64,000 bases of DNA. Origin: Dendrobates tinctorius. Its lineage: Eukaryota. Below, in pieces: positions 22,501 to 34,496 of the stretch (positions are counted from its first letter, which is position 1; each line of letters opens with the position of its first letter). The stretch spans positions 17,298,001-17,362,000 of the forward strand of contig NW_027361863.1 of assembly GCF_039654945.1 (NCBI RefSeq), in the 5' to 3' direction. The translations under genes and the position numbers were made by a program. The notes beneath the pieces are model-generated. The model saw only the letters and a program-made list of their open reading frames with translations. It was not told the DNA's origin and ran no database searches.

Positions 22501-25500
22501 TGCAGAGTCTCCAGGGACAAAAGGGATGGATATCAGACTATGTCAAATTCTAATAGACCACGAAACTGAGCTGGAGGCACCGATCCCTCGACATCAATGA
22601 GAAAATCCACCCTCCTCTCAGTGTTTTTTTTTCTGTTAATGATGGAAAATTCCTTTAAATTTTCCCACTTTTTTCCCCATTCCTTTGGGCAATGTCGCTT
22701 GTTTCGAGGTTCTAGATTATGATTTGTGTCTTTCTTTGCAGAATATCGCGTCGTACGTGCGCCAGACGCTGTCGGAGAAGAAGCTGTTGTATTACGTCAT
22801 GGAGAACCTGGGCATCGACTTTCAGGATCCGGTCAGACACATTTATTCATTCATCGTTTATTTCAATGTTCCTTAATGCTCTTCCTGAGGATGTGGATAC
22901 AAATGAAAGGGTGTGCAAACTTTTGTGGTCTATGTAGCTCAGAAAAAGACCGATAAGAGTTACGAGCTCCTCCATTAGACCGTCAAAGCGAGCTCACTGA
23001 GTTTTTCTCAGTTAACCCATTCTGCAGCAATAGACAGTGCAATACAGAGGTTACAGAAGGCAAATGGTGCCACATTTTTAATAATAATAATAATAATAAT
23101 AACAATTTTGTTTCTATAGCGCCAACATATTCCGCAGAACTTTACATTATAGAGGGGACTTGTACAGACAATAGACATTACAGCATAACAATAATCACAT
23201 AGATCATAACTGATAACAAGAGGAATGAGGGCCCTGCTCGCAAGCTTACAGTCTATGAGGAAAGAGGTAGACACGAAAGGTGGGTGGTAACAATTGCTTT
23301 CATTGTTCGGCCCAGCCATAGTGTAAGAATCGAGTGTTCCTGTTGCTGCTTGAACCAGTTAACAGTCTAAATATGTAACAGTACAGACACAGAGGGCTAT
23401 TAAATGCACAAAGCATGTGAGAACATGATGCGAGGAACCTGGTTATAGTAAAAATTTAGAATGTGCCACACAGGGATAGATTAGGTAAATGTGTTGAGGC
23501 GATCGGCCAGTCTGAACAAATGCGTTTTTAGGGCACGCTTAAAATTGTGGGGATTGGCAACTAATCATATTAACCTGGGTAGTGCATTCCAAAGAATTGG
23601 CGTAGCACGTGAAAAGTCTTGGAGACGGGAGTGGGAGGCTCTGATTATTGAGGATGCTAACCTCAGGTCATCAGCAGAACTGAGGGCACGGGTAGGCTGA
23701 GACAAGGGAGGAGATGTAGGGTGGTGCTGAGCCATGGAGAGCTTTGTGGGTGAGGCTAATAAGTTTGTACTGGATTCTGGAGTGGATGGGTAGCCAGTGT
23801 AAGGACTGGTACAAGGTAGAGGCATCGGTGTAACGATTGGTGAGGAATATGATCCTGGCAGCAGCATTCAAGACAGATTGGAGGGGGGAGAGTTTGGTAA
23901 GAGGGAGACCGATTAGAAGAGAGTTACAATAGTCGAGACGAGAATGAATAAGAGAAGCAGTAAGAGTTTTTGCGGAGTCAAAAGTAAGAAAAGGTTGAAT
24001 TCTAGAAATATTTTTGAGGTGCAGATAACAAGAGCGAGCCAGTGATCGAATGTGGGGGACAAAGGAAACCTCAGAATCAAGTATGACCCCCAAGACAGCG
24101 GGCCTGTTGCTGGGGAGTAATAGTGGAACCACACACGGAAATGGCAATGTCGGGTATAGGTACATTAGTAGCGGGAGGAAACACGAGGAGTTCAGTCTTT
24201 GACAGGTTCAGTTTCAGATATAGTGAGGACATGATGTTAGACACAGCATTTAGACAATCACCGGTGTTTTCTAGAAAGGCTGGCGTGATGTCAGGAGAAG
24301 AAGCGTATAATTGGGTGTCATCAGCATAGAGATGGTACTGGAAACCAAATCTACTGATTGTTTGACCAATAGGGGCAGTGTACAAGGAGAAGAGGAGGGG
24401 ACCTAGAACCGATCCTTGAGGAACCCCAACAGTAAGGGGAAGGTGAGAGGAGGAGGAACTGGCAAAAGATACAGTAAAGGAGCGGTCAGAGAGCTAGGAG
24501 GGGAACCAGGAGAGAACGGTGTCCTTGAGGCCAATGGAATGGAGCATAGTGAGGAGGAGCTGATGATCCACCGTGTCGAATGATGAAGGGAAGATTAGAG
24601 ACAGGCCTATAGTTAGCGGCACAGTTTTGGTCGAGGGATGATTTTTTAAGTAGTGGATGTTTGATGGCATGCTTAAATGAGGAAGGAAAGATACCGGAAG
24701 AGAGAGAGAGGTTGAATATTTTTGTTAGGTGAGTGGTGACAGCAGGGGAAAGGGACTGGAGGAGATGTGATGGAATGGGGTCACTGGTGCAAGTAGTAGG
24801 GCGAGAAGATGCAAGGAGCCTGATCACTTCTTCATCGGTTACTGGTTCAAAATCAGAGAGTGAGCGAGATGCAGTGGGGGAGGGAGGACAGTGCATGGTA
24901 TGAGGGGATTGGGAGATAATTTCCTGTCGGATATGGTCAATTTTTTCTTTGAAATAATTAGCCAGATCGTCCGCATGGAGAGCCGTGGTTGGGGCCTGCA
25001 CTCTTGGGTTAAGTAGTGATTTTAATGATTTATAGCCCCAAACACATGTATTTAAGAAATAAAATAAAGTCTTCAAAGCTGTTCAACCCCTTTTAGATGC
25101 AAGTAATATACTTTTCTTTGAATTTTCCCTTTTTTTCCCAAGATCTTTCCTGGGTGTCAGTGAAAGGGAACATTTGTTCATGCTCCTGTTCGGACCTAAT
25201 ACTTCTCACAGCTGAGGGTTACTAACAGGCTGGGTTTCAATGATACATTTTTTCTCTGCACCGATACATTGTAGCAAACTATCAGCACAGGACATAATTT
25301 TGTGTTGCTGATGTGCTTAGTATATAACCCAGGGATCACTCCTTGGGATCATACGGGATTCTCAATGTTCGGACCCCCAGCGATCAGTAACTTAGTCCTT
25401 ATTTTATAAGTATTGCACAGTTGTGTGATTAACCCTTCTAGCCCCCCCAGCCAGAATATAAACAACGCCATTTTCTTCTCTGTGGCCGGTTCTTATCGAT

Positions 25501-28500
25501 GTGACCCTCTGTCTTTTTAGGATCTTTGGACGCCAGAGGAAATTATTCCAGAGAGTCTTCGAGAGAGAATCAGGTGAGGTCACCCCCTAAGGCTCAGCAG
25601 CATCGGGGGGACGCAGGGGCGCAAGTTACTAAAGGAAAAAAAATAAAGTACCAGTGATGTGTGACGCCTAAGATCCCGGACGGGTCAAATACCCCGAACA
25701 TCTGGCCAAAATCCACATTGAGCTGATTGGGCAGCATCAACATTGCGTCAATTGGAGGTAGAGCGAGAGCTGTAGGGGGCCGCACCGCTCTCCGTCCATG
25801 CTGCAACTTTACTTTTTTCGGGGGACATTATTACTTTTGCGGGACGCGTAACGTTTTAAAGGGCATTGATATTTTTTTGAAGGGGCCATTATTTCTTGTA
25901 AGGGGGCGCTCGCCTCACCCGGGGCGCTGCTCCTCTGCTCCAATCAGAACACAGATTTTCTCTGCGATATACTATGTATAATAAGGTATTTTTATTTTTT
26001 CTGTCTTTTTTAAACTAGGGCTGAGCGAGCAGCTGCGGAGGAGGCGGGCGGTGAGTACCCTGCGACGTATTGTGCCACGTTTCGTGCTGTCACCGTGTGA
26101 CGGTATAGACATACGCCTATATGGCCGCGCACTTTTACACGTCATTGGACGCCGCGACCAGTAAACACGCGTCATGTCCTGCAGGGCAACTCCCATACGA
26201 GGAGGTGACGGTCGCACTGACCCCCCGGCAGATGAACGGGACCTCCAGAGTCACCTTGGATGGAGTCCTTTCTGACGAGGAGTGCGAGGCATTGCTTGGT
26301 CTCGTGCAGGTACGTGAAGAAGGAGTAGTATCAGGTTCCCAGGAGAAATGGAGCAATTTTGGCTTTTGGATTTTTCTTTGCGTTATTGTCTTTACCTTAC
26401 GGGTTATCTTCAGGAAGCGGAAGCCTCCGGAGAAGCGTTGAAGAGAAGACGATCCCCTCACACGGCCCACGAGAAAATCCAAGGCCTGACCGTCCTGCAA
26501 GCCCTTCAGGTACCAGTCTGGGGCAGTAAGAGCGGGTCCTTCCACTAGTCTGATGGACTAGTTTCTGTCTCTGGAAACGCGCTCTCTTTAGGGTATTGTG
26601 CACGTGACATCTTTTTCAGGCGGATTCCTGTGTTTAAAAAAAAAAAACAATGCACAGAATATTCAAAAGACCTCCTGTCGCTCATGTTCAGACTTTGTTA
26701 ATTCTGTTTAATCACTTCAGGCTTTGAAAGCCACGAGGAGGAAAAAAAGTGGCCTGTCTGGCTTGGGAGTTGCCCCTATTTTATATATAGAATGTAAAAA
26801 AAAAAAAAATCAAAATATAGCAAAAAACTATGTGGGAAGCCAGCCTCTAAAAAACACCGGGTGCACATTCCCAAAGGTACGGTATGTGCACAGAGCTGTT
26901 TGTTTTTTGGCTGAATTTTTGGACCAGAAACTCTCAAAAATGGGGCACACAAACTCTAAAAACTCTTCAAAACTTTGGAGTTTCTGCTCCAAAAACCCAA
27001 CAAGAAATGTCGTCATGTGCACATCCACCTTTAGGGTGTAGTCATGTAATGCCTGTTTTAGGAGTTTTTGGAGCGGATGTCCCCCAAAATCATCCTGAAA
27101 AACTGCTACAAAACTCTCAGAAAAATCTTCCAGTTAATTTCTGTAACAAATCCATTTTGCTGCTCATAGGAGGAGTTTTTGGGGGAGTTTCTTTTTGTTT
27201 GGTTTTTTTTTAACTGAAGTGGATTTGGAAACCGCTAGGAAGACATTAATAAATACCTGTCACTTTTGTAAAGAGATTTCTCACTGTCCAATCAGAAAGC
27301 TGCGAATAAACTTTGCCCCCACATCCGATCACTGGCTCGCTCTTGTCATCTGCACCTCAAAAACATTTCTAGAATTCGACCTTTTCTTATTTTTGACTCC
27401 GCAAAAACTCTTACTGTTTCTCTTTTCCATTCTCGTCTCGACTATTGTAACGCTCTTCTAATCGGTCTCCCTCTTACCAAACTCTCCCCTCTCCAATCCG
27501 TCCTGAATGATGCAGCCAGGATCATATTCCTCACCAATCGTTACACCGATGCCTCTACCTTATGCCAGTCATTACACTGGCTACCCATCCACTCCAGAAT
27601 TCAGTATAAACTTATTACCCTCACCCACAAAGCCCTCCATGGCTCAGCACCACCCTACATCTCCTCCCTTGTTTCAGTATACCACCCTACCCGCGCCCTC
27701 CGTTCTGCTGATGACCTGAGGTTAGCATCCTCAATAATCAGAACCTCCCTCTCCCGTCTCCAAGACTATACACATGCTGCGCCAATTCTTTGGAATGCAC
27801 TTCCCAGGTCAATACGATTAGTCTCCAATCCCCACAATTTTAAGCGTGCCCTGAAAACGCATTTATTCAGACTGGCCTATCGCCTCAACACATTAACCTA
27901 ACCTATCCCTGTGTGGCAGAGCCAAAAGTTTTACCATAACCAGGTTCCCCGCATCATGTTCCCACATGCTTTATGCCTCCATTAGCCCTCTGTGTCTGTA
28001 CTGTTACACACTTAACATTATGGCTGGTCCATACAATCAGGGCAGCTGTTACCACCCACCTTCCATGTCTCCCTCTTTCCTCATAGACTGTAAGCTTGCG
28101 AGCAGGGCCCTCACTCCTCTTGGTATCTGTTATGATCTATGTGATTATTGTTATGGTGTAATGTCTATTGTCTGTACAAATCCCCTCCGAAATGTAAAGT
28201 GCTGCGGAATATGTCGGCGCTATAGAAATAAAATTTATTATAAACTCAAGAAAAAATAAACCCAAACTCTTCAGGGAAAAAAGAAAAACTCCCTAAAAAG
28301 TAGCGTTTCCTGAGGCAGTTTCTGCTTGAAAAAGTTTTTTTTAACTCCCCATAACCCTCCAGCTTAGGTTTCAGACATAATGGCTCCCGTATGGTAATTA
28401 CTGCTGATTCTGGGGATCTCTTTATAGATGGTTTCCTCGGGATCGGTGGATCGCCACCGCGCTCATTTTCTGTACCACGCCACGGAGCGCGCTCGTGTTC

Positions 28501-31428
28501 TGACACAGTCGTACTTTGAGACCGGGACGTTGCATTTCTCGTACTCGCAGCTCGTGTGCCGCTCGGCCATTTTGGGTAAGTGAGGCTCCTGCTGTCTATC
28601 ACTATGGCCGGCAGCCTCATATACTCCCCTATGTGCCCCTTTAACTTCACCCCCTCTTTTCACTGTCAGGGGAGCAGGAGGGGCGCTCCGATCTCAGTCA
28701 CCCCGTGCATGCAGACAATTGTATCCTGGACCCCGAGGAGAAGGAGTGCTGGCGGGAGCCCCCGGCGTATATCCACAGAGACTATAGGTGGGTGAACACT
28801 GCGCCCCTAGGACCCCCCCATGTATTGTGACGGCATGATTTCCATCAAAAAGGTGAAAACTGTTTTTCAAAATATTATTTCTATGCTGAGATAGAAGGAA
28901 CTGAAGTTCCAGGCCGCAGAGCCTGAGGCTGCACTACTTCCAGGTACCTGATTCTACAGCCAGCAATGTACAGGAAACCAAAGAGGATAAAAGCCGACTG
29001 CAAAAATGCATTTATAGCTCAAAATTAATTCCTTTAAAGGGAAAACAAATGCCCCCATGTGGCTCCATATCCTTTAAATCTGCGTTACAGTCCCATTGGA
29101 ATGAATGGGAGCCTTCTGGCAATTTATTGTTACCCTTTTCTTACAGTGATTGGTGGAGGCTACACATCCTCCATCAGTGAGATCTTCCGACCTGTCACCT
29201 TCCCTTTTAAAAGGGACTTGACATTAGTTTAATTAGGACTGATCACCATAACCTCTCTGTGATTTATTCCGCCTTAGTGGGATGCTTTATCTGAATGACG
29301 ACTTTCTAGGGGGCGACCTCTTGTTCACAGAAATGGACGGGACTACGGTGGCGGTGAGTGTGAGATTTGTAATGGCTTTTTATTTATTTTTTTGGAGGTG
29401 CAGTACCACTGGTCGCCTGCAGGTGATGCTGCTGATGTATTCTAGTGAAGAGCAGCTGATAACAAGAACATAAAAATAACTAAAAGACATTTCGACACAT
29501 AAACCACAATAAAGAAATTATAGTTTATCTAAAAAAAAAAATATTTATCTTACCACAAATTCTGCACCGAAGGCTTTGAAACAATGAATTCCTCGAATTT
29601 CCTTTACTTTTTTGAGCATTTTATAATCCAAAATATCTGAAAATCAGAGAATTCTATTCACCAACTTGAGCTCGTTCTTTATGCTAATTAAAATGCTCTT
29701 CTGTCTGATTGGCAGACAGGAATCACATGACCATTTGGTATCAATATTTGGTTTAGGGGGTGGCAAACTGGGCAGCTGCATAAGGGGATTCTAAGAACAG
29801 AACCCCTGAATTTACCATTTGTTGCCTTGGAACACCTGGGAACATAAAATTAACCCCCTTTACCACCTTACACCACCAAGGAATATACAAATAGCCTTTT
29901 TATTCCCATAGACCACCACGAAATTTTGAAATTATGGTAAAAAACAAAAAACAAAACTTTGCATCCTTTAATCCGACATTATCCAATAATGAAAAAAATG
30001 CCATTATCAAACATTCTGGATTATCAAATGCAAAATTAAAGCCGTATGAACTAAAGGCTGGAATCTATCTACAAATAATAATGATCATACGGCAAAAAAT
30101 CCGAAAAGCAAACTCCCTGGTGGTCGTTCAATTGAAGCACGCTGCAGTCATCTTCCTCCTGCCCTGAAACAGCTGATAACAGAGAGGAGTAGAATTAGGC
30201 AAAGTTCACACGTAGCGGAACTCTCGCAGAAATTACCGCGAGAGTTCCAGCATTCCATTCCGCTGGAAAATCGCATTTTAAATTCCCGCGATTTTCCCGT
30301 GGAAAAATTAGCATTTTGCAAGCGTAATTAGCTTGTAAAATGCTAGCGTTCTCCAAGCGATCTGGAGCATCGCTTGGAAAACTGATTGACAGGTTGGTCA
30401 CACTAGTCAAACATAGTGTTTGACAAGTGTGAACAACTTTTTACTATTGAGGCCGCCTATGCAGCATCAGTAGTAAAAGATAAAATGTAAAAAATAATAA
30501 AAAATAAAAAATGGTGTTATTCTTATCTTCCGACGTCCTGCGCAGCCTTCCCGCCTCTCTCCACGCTCTCGTTCCCAGTAATCCTTTGCGAAAATGCCCG
30601 CGATGACGTCCGTTCTCGCGGGATCGCGACGTCTCGCGGTAATTAGCGATGACGTCGCGCAAATGACCGCAAGACTTCGCGATCCCACGAGAACGGACAT
30701 CATCGCTCGCAAAGGCTTACTGGGAGCGTGGAGAGAGGCGGGAAGGCTGCGCGGGACGTCGGAAGGTAAGAATAACAATATTTTTTATTTTAATTCCATT
30801 TTTTACAGGGATATGGTACCCAGAGCCCGGAGGACAGTCTCCTCTCCTCCGGACCGTGGGTACCATCCGCAAATGTTCTGCTTACTTTTCGCATGGTGTG
30901 CACAGCCACATGCGGGAAGTAAGCAGAACAATGCATTCCTATGGGTTGCGGGATCGCCGCGATTCCACAAAATTAATGAGCAAGCTGCCTTTTTTACCAC
31001 GAAGCGATTCCGCCGCGGTAAAAACCGCAGCATTAGCACAGCATTGCGGAATCCCATAGGAATGCATGGGATGCTTATTTTTCGCGTTTAAAACCACCGC
31101 GGAACCGCGAAAAAAACGCCACGTGTGATCTCAGCCTATGCAGTTATGTGTGATGTTAATATACACACTTTAGTACTCATGATATTAGGTCTAAAAGTAT
31201 CATTTATTTGTTGATTTATGAAAACAAAAAAAAAATTATAAAATTCTGCCTGCTGCCACCACTAGGGGGCGCTGAGGAGCTTAGTGCATACAGTGTGATT
31301 ATTGAGATCTGTGTGTTCTATACTCCCTCTAGTGGTGCCTGCGGGAAATGAGCCTTCTATCAATAAAACCTATGTGTGCAGAGGATTTGGTGCTCTGTAC
31401 CAGAATTTTATATTTAGTAATCTGCAGT

Positions 31429-31476
<48 letters not shown>

Positions 31477-32991
31477 CTCTCAGATAAGTGGTTAATAAAA
31501 ATGTTAATTGAGTCCTCTGTATTCTCCGAGCAGGCAGAGGTCCGCCCCCGCTGCGGCCGCCTGGTCCTATTCAGCTCGGGGGGTGAGAATGCCCATGGGG
31601 TTCGTGCCGTGACACAGGGGAGAAGATGTGCCATTGCTTTGTGGTTCACGGGATCGGCAGAACATGCAGAACAGGTAACACCAGTCTGAGTAAATGTCAG
31701 AGCCGGACCTGCATCCCCGCGTCGTCCGCATCCGCCTGCCTTGTTTTTACACCTTTTTTTTTTTTGACATTTTCAGGGAAGTTATGCTCATATTGTATTA
31801 TTTAATGATAAGTTTTTCCTTTTATTGTATCTTCTCAAACTTTCCACTAAAAATGTATTATTTACACCAAGTCCTCCTCCGCTATTTTTATTTGAAGGGG
31901 ATGTTGTCCGCACCAACTCTTCTTTTTTTTGTAAAAAGCCCAGAATGTTTAAAAGTGTACAAAATCTACCCTTGCTGCTGCTCTTCTAGTAACACCTGGG
32001 TCCCATGGATATGGGATGGAAAAAAACAGCTCCCGGGAGAGATCTCACCCAACTTTCCCAGATTCCTGAATGGTAATATGATTTTTTTAGTTGTTTTTTT
32101 TTAGTACGAGGAACAAATGGTGGAGATGGGCAGGGAAGACACAATCGGTGCATGCAGTCCTATACACCTTAGACTCTGTAGGCTCCATCGTTTTTGCGTG
32201 CAGCAATTTTTTTTTTTTTCCCCCTTCCCAAGTCAAAACCATAGACCCTTTAGTGCAAGAGATGGACCACCCCTACTATAAATCAGTAGGATTTGCCTGG
32301 CGCTGCTGGTGTCCATTGTGCAGCGGATTCCATCACAGGAATATGACATCCGACTATTAAAAATGGAAGCGCAGATGTGAACATCAGGGAGACTAAGAAT
32401 GCACAGCCAGAAACCTATGACGTCATGCCTTCCCGATGACGTCACCCCCTCCCGATGACGTCACCCCCTCCTGATGACGTCACCCCCTCCCGATGACGTC
32501 ACCCCCTCCCGACGACATGACGTCACCCCCTCCCGACGACATGACGTCATCCCCTCCCGACGACATGACGTCATCCCCTCCCGACGACATGACGTCATCC
32601 CCTCCCGACGACATGACGTCATCCCCTCCCGACGACATGACGTCATCCCCTCCCGACGACATGACGTCATCCCCTCCCGATGACATCATCTGGTCATGGA
32701 GCAGTTAATGGATGACCGGCTGCCTTGCAGATATCTGCCTCACAGGCTCGCGGCGTCAATATGGCATCCCATACTAATATGTTTTTGTTTTTCTCCCCTT
32801 TAAAGGAAAGAATTAAAGCAAAAAGCATAGTGACGGGCGAGGTCATTAAAGCCAAGGAAGCAGAAGACAAACCCACCAGGACCGGCAGGGAGACGTCCAG
32901 GACAGCGACCTCCGGAAGCGAAGGGGCCGAGAAACCGTCCGGACGGCAGCAGAGGAGAAGAGTCGCCAGGAAAATCAGAGATGAACTTTAG
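16146..32991 (+). CDS. P3H3: Prolyl 3-hydroxylase 3 (leprecan-like 2), 675 aa; join(16146-16511,21066-21218,21324-21501,21742-21873,22017-22150,22742-22831,25521-25573,26019-26050,26185-26309,26414-26509,28428-28575,28670-28787,29278-29353,31534-31674,32806-32991)
   Basis: 15 GT-AG exons in compatible phases, 2028 nt in total. Signal peptide, four CxxxC motifs, PYNYLQ, 2OG-Fe dioxygenase HAD..H..R ([29 protein letters not shown]) and C-terminal RDEL. The [12 protein letters not shown]...ECWREPPAY segment is P3H3-type. Confidence 0.94.
16560..17826. repeat. 34-bp minisatellite (GACACTGGGGCAATAGTCTGCAGGAGGGTGCCAT), about 37 copies, P3H3 intron 1
   Basis: Direct tandem repeat; the first copies are slightly shorter variants. 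Confidence 0.97.
18765..20950. repeat. Related 27-36-bp and 33-bp minisatellites (..CATTGGCTCTAGATCCTGG.. grading into GGATGGAGGCGTCTTTGGCCCTAGGCTCTGGCA)
   Basis: Tandem units, interrupted at ~19510-19700. Confidence 0.9.
21066..21218 (+). CDS. P3H3: P3H3 exon 2
   Basis: [31 protein letters not shown]|gt. Confidence 0.93.
21324..21501 (+). CDS. P3H3: P3H3 exon 3
   Basis: ALFAQA..CRTLCEG..EVIA|gt. Confidence 0.9.
21742..21873 (+). CDS. P3H3: P3H3 exon 4
   Basis: [16 protein letters not shown]|gtaag. Confidence 0.9.
22017..22150 (+). CDS. P3H3: P3H3 exon 5
   Basis: [22 protein letters not shown]|gt. Confidence 0.9.
22742..22831 (+). CDS. P3H3: P3H3 exon 6
   Basis: [30 protein letters not shown]|gt. 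Confidence 0.93.
23081..25020 (-). mobile_element. L2 LINE, 5'-truncated, with 3' simple-repeat tail, P3H3 intron 6
   Basis: [28 protein letters not shown] and LHWLPI with frameshifts; (TAA)n run at 23081-23100. Confidence 0.93.
25521..25573 (+). CDS. P3H3: P3H3 exon 7
   Basis: [17 protein letters not shown]|gtgag. Confidence 0.9.
26019..26050 (+). CDS. P3H3: P3H3 exon 8 (32-nt microexon)
   Basis: Poly-pyrimidine tract plus ag|[10 protein letters not shown]|gtgagt; required to restore phase between exons 7 and 9. Confidence 0.8.
26185..26309 (+). CDS. P3H3: P3H3 exon 9
   Basis: [35 protein letters not shown]|gt. Confidence 0.92.
26414..26509 (+). CDS. P3H3: P3H3 exon 10
   Basis: [28 protein letters not shown]|gt. 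Confidence 0.92.
26591..27030. mobile_element. Harbinger-type MITE
   Basis: TTA|GGGTATTGTGCAC ... GTGCACATCC..; imperfect TIRs. Confidence 0.55.
27311..28241 (+). mobile_element. L2 LINE 3' fragment, P3H3 intron 10 (opposite orientation to the intron-6 copy)
   Basis: Reverse complement of ~23090-24065; ends GCGCTATAGAAATAAA. Confidence 0.93.
28428..28575 (+). CDS. P3H3: P3H3 exon 11
   Basis: [33 protein letters not shown]|gtaag. Confidence 0.92.
28670..28787 (+). CDS. P3H3: P3H3 exon 12
   Basis: [38 protein letters not shown]. Confidence 0.95.
29278..29353 (+). CDS. P3H3: P3H3 exon 13
   Basis: [25 protein letters not shown]|gtgag. Confidence 0.95.
30198..31136. mobile_element. Non-autonomous Harbinger-like element with internal inverted repeat
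   Basis: GGCAAAGTTCACACGT ... ACGTGTGATCTCAGCC termini; internal inverted arms at ~30500-30790. Confidence 0.75.
31432..31473. repeat. (TA)n microsatellite
   Basis: Direct observation. Confidence 0.95.
31534..31674 (+). CDS. P3H3: P3H3 exon 14
   Basis: [41 protein letters not shown]|gt. Confidence 0.95.
32415..32690. repeat. 19/24-bp tandem repeat containing 12 perfect TGACGTCA (CRE) palindromes
   Basis: TGACGTCA at 32418, 32437, 32456, 32475, 32494, 32518, 32542, 32566, 32590, 32614, 32638 and 32662. Confidence 0.95.
32806..32991 (+). CDS. P3H3: P3H3 exon 15 (terminal, RDEL)
   Basis: ag|ERIKAK..KIRDEL*. Confidence 0.9.
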   Translation, partial: ERIKAKSIVTGEVIKAKEAEDKPTRTGRETSRTATSGSEGAEKPSGRQQRRRVARKIRDEL

Positions 32992-34001
32992 AGACCGAGG
33001 AAGAGACTGAGCATAGTGCGGCCCCGCCAGACTGACAGGAAGGGGTTAATGGGCCGATGCTCCGCAGATCGCTCGTGCATCGGGGACTCTGCAGGTCTGG
33101 GGAGTAAAGGAGTGTCTAATCGGCATCCAGGGCAGCAGGCTGTGGCCTGGTAAGGGTTAACGGGTCGCCGGCTGTGAACATTGCGGACACTTCGTGGAAT
33201 ATGGCGGTGCTGGTCACATGACTGGGCTTAAAGGGGATGTGCGGGTGGGGAGGTTCTGTAAGATTGATGTAGACGAAGGCCAATCTGTGTATAATACAAA
33301 GTTCTGCAACTAATCTACTTTTTGCTTCAATTCTTCCCCATTTTCCAGGATCTCTGCCTGCTGGCGGCAAATGGAACCGTTTTTTGATTGCATCCGCTGC
33401 CTTATAAACCCTAAAAGACCTAACACTTCTCACAGCTGAGAGGTTGTTACAATTGCATCTAAATTGGGCTCCCGGCTGCTCCATTTTCTCGGCTCTGATA
33501 CATTGTAACAGACATCTAGCAAGACTCGCAAAAGATTCCCTGAACCCGTGGAACGAACCCTCAGCTGTGAGAAGCCGGGATCAATATCTGGATATGGACG
33601 AGAAAGTTTCCATTTACTGACAGCAAGCAGAGGTGATGAGAAATGGTGACAAATTGTTAGAAAGTGGCAGAAGCTTTTTTTTATCATCCGCTATGATGCT
33701 TCCTTACAGAACACACGATTAAAGCCGCATGCTGACGCGACAGGCGACGGCTTATAATAGTGTCTGAGCGTTATAAGGGGAGCGGATGATATTTTTTTTA
33801 GGATTTCCTATTTCAAATCCCCAGAACTGCAGCCTCTTAATCCATATTATCCGGACTGGCTGATAACAGAGAGCAATGAGCTGTGCAGGTTTAGTGGAGC
33901 CAGGAGCTCGGCACGTACGTCGGTGCCGCCATCCCCGCGGAGGACGCTGCGCCGGTCAGCGGTGGGTTAATGATGTACAGTGAGGTTTTTTGTATTTTTC
34001 T

Positions 34002-34007
34002 AATAAA
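34002..34007 (+). terminator. Probable P3H3 polyadenylation signal
   Basis: AATAAA about 1 kb after the stop codon, preceded by a U-rich tract. Confidence 0.55.
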
Positions 34008-34496
34008 GCCTCCAGTTCGCTCAGTGACCCGGGGGAGAAGTGCATTACCGGCTCTGCCAAAATCACAAGATGTTTTGTACACAATAAGGTGTTTGTGAGC
34101 GCGGCCTGGGGGGGAGACGGGAGATGTCTTTATATGGGGACGATGAGAGAGAGAGAGACGCACGGACAGAAAGAGACACTTACAGAAAATCAGACCGCGG
34201 GATGACTTTATATGGGGACAATTGAAGAGAGAGATGGACGGAGAAAGGCAGCAAAAACAGCCCAGAGGGCAGAACGAGACCCCCTGACCTTATACAAGAC
34301 GCCGCCAGGTGCAGCGAGATGGGATACAGTCATGTGGCACAAAGAGACCCCACGCTGCGAAAATCAGATCTCGATATGGAGAGACATCACCGACGAGCGA
34401 AAGGGTATCATATATAGAGATAAGGAGCTAGAGACATCAGGGTGGAAAGAGGATGGGAAAATGTAGTATGGGGAGAAAGAGACAGACAGCAAAAAT

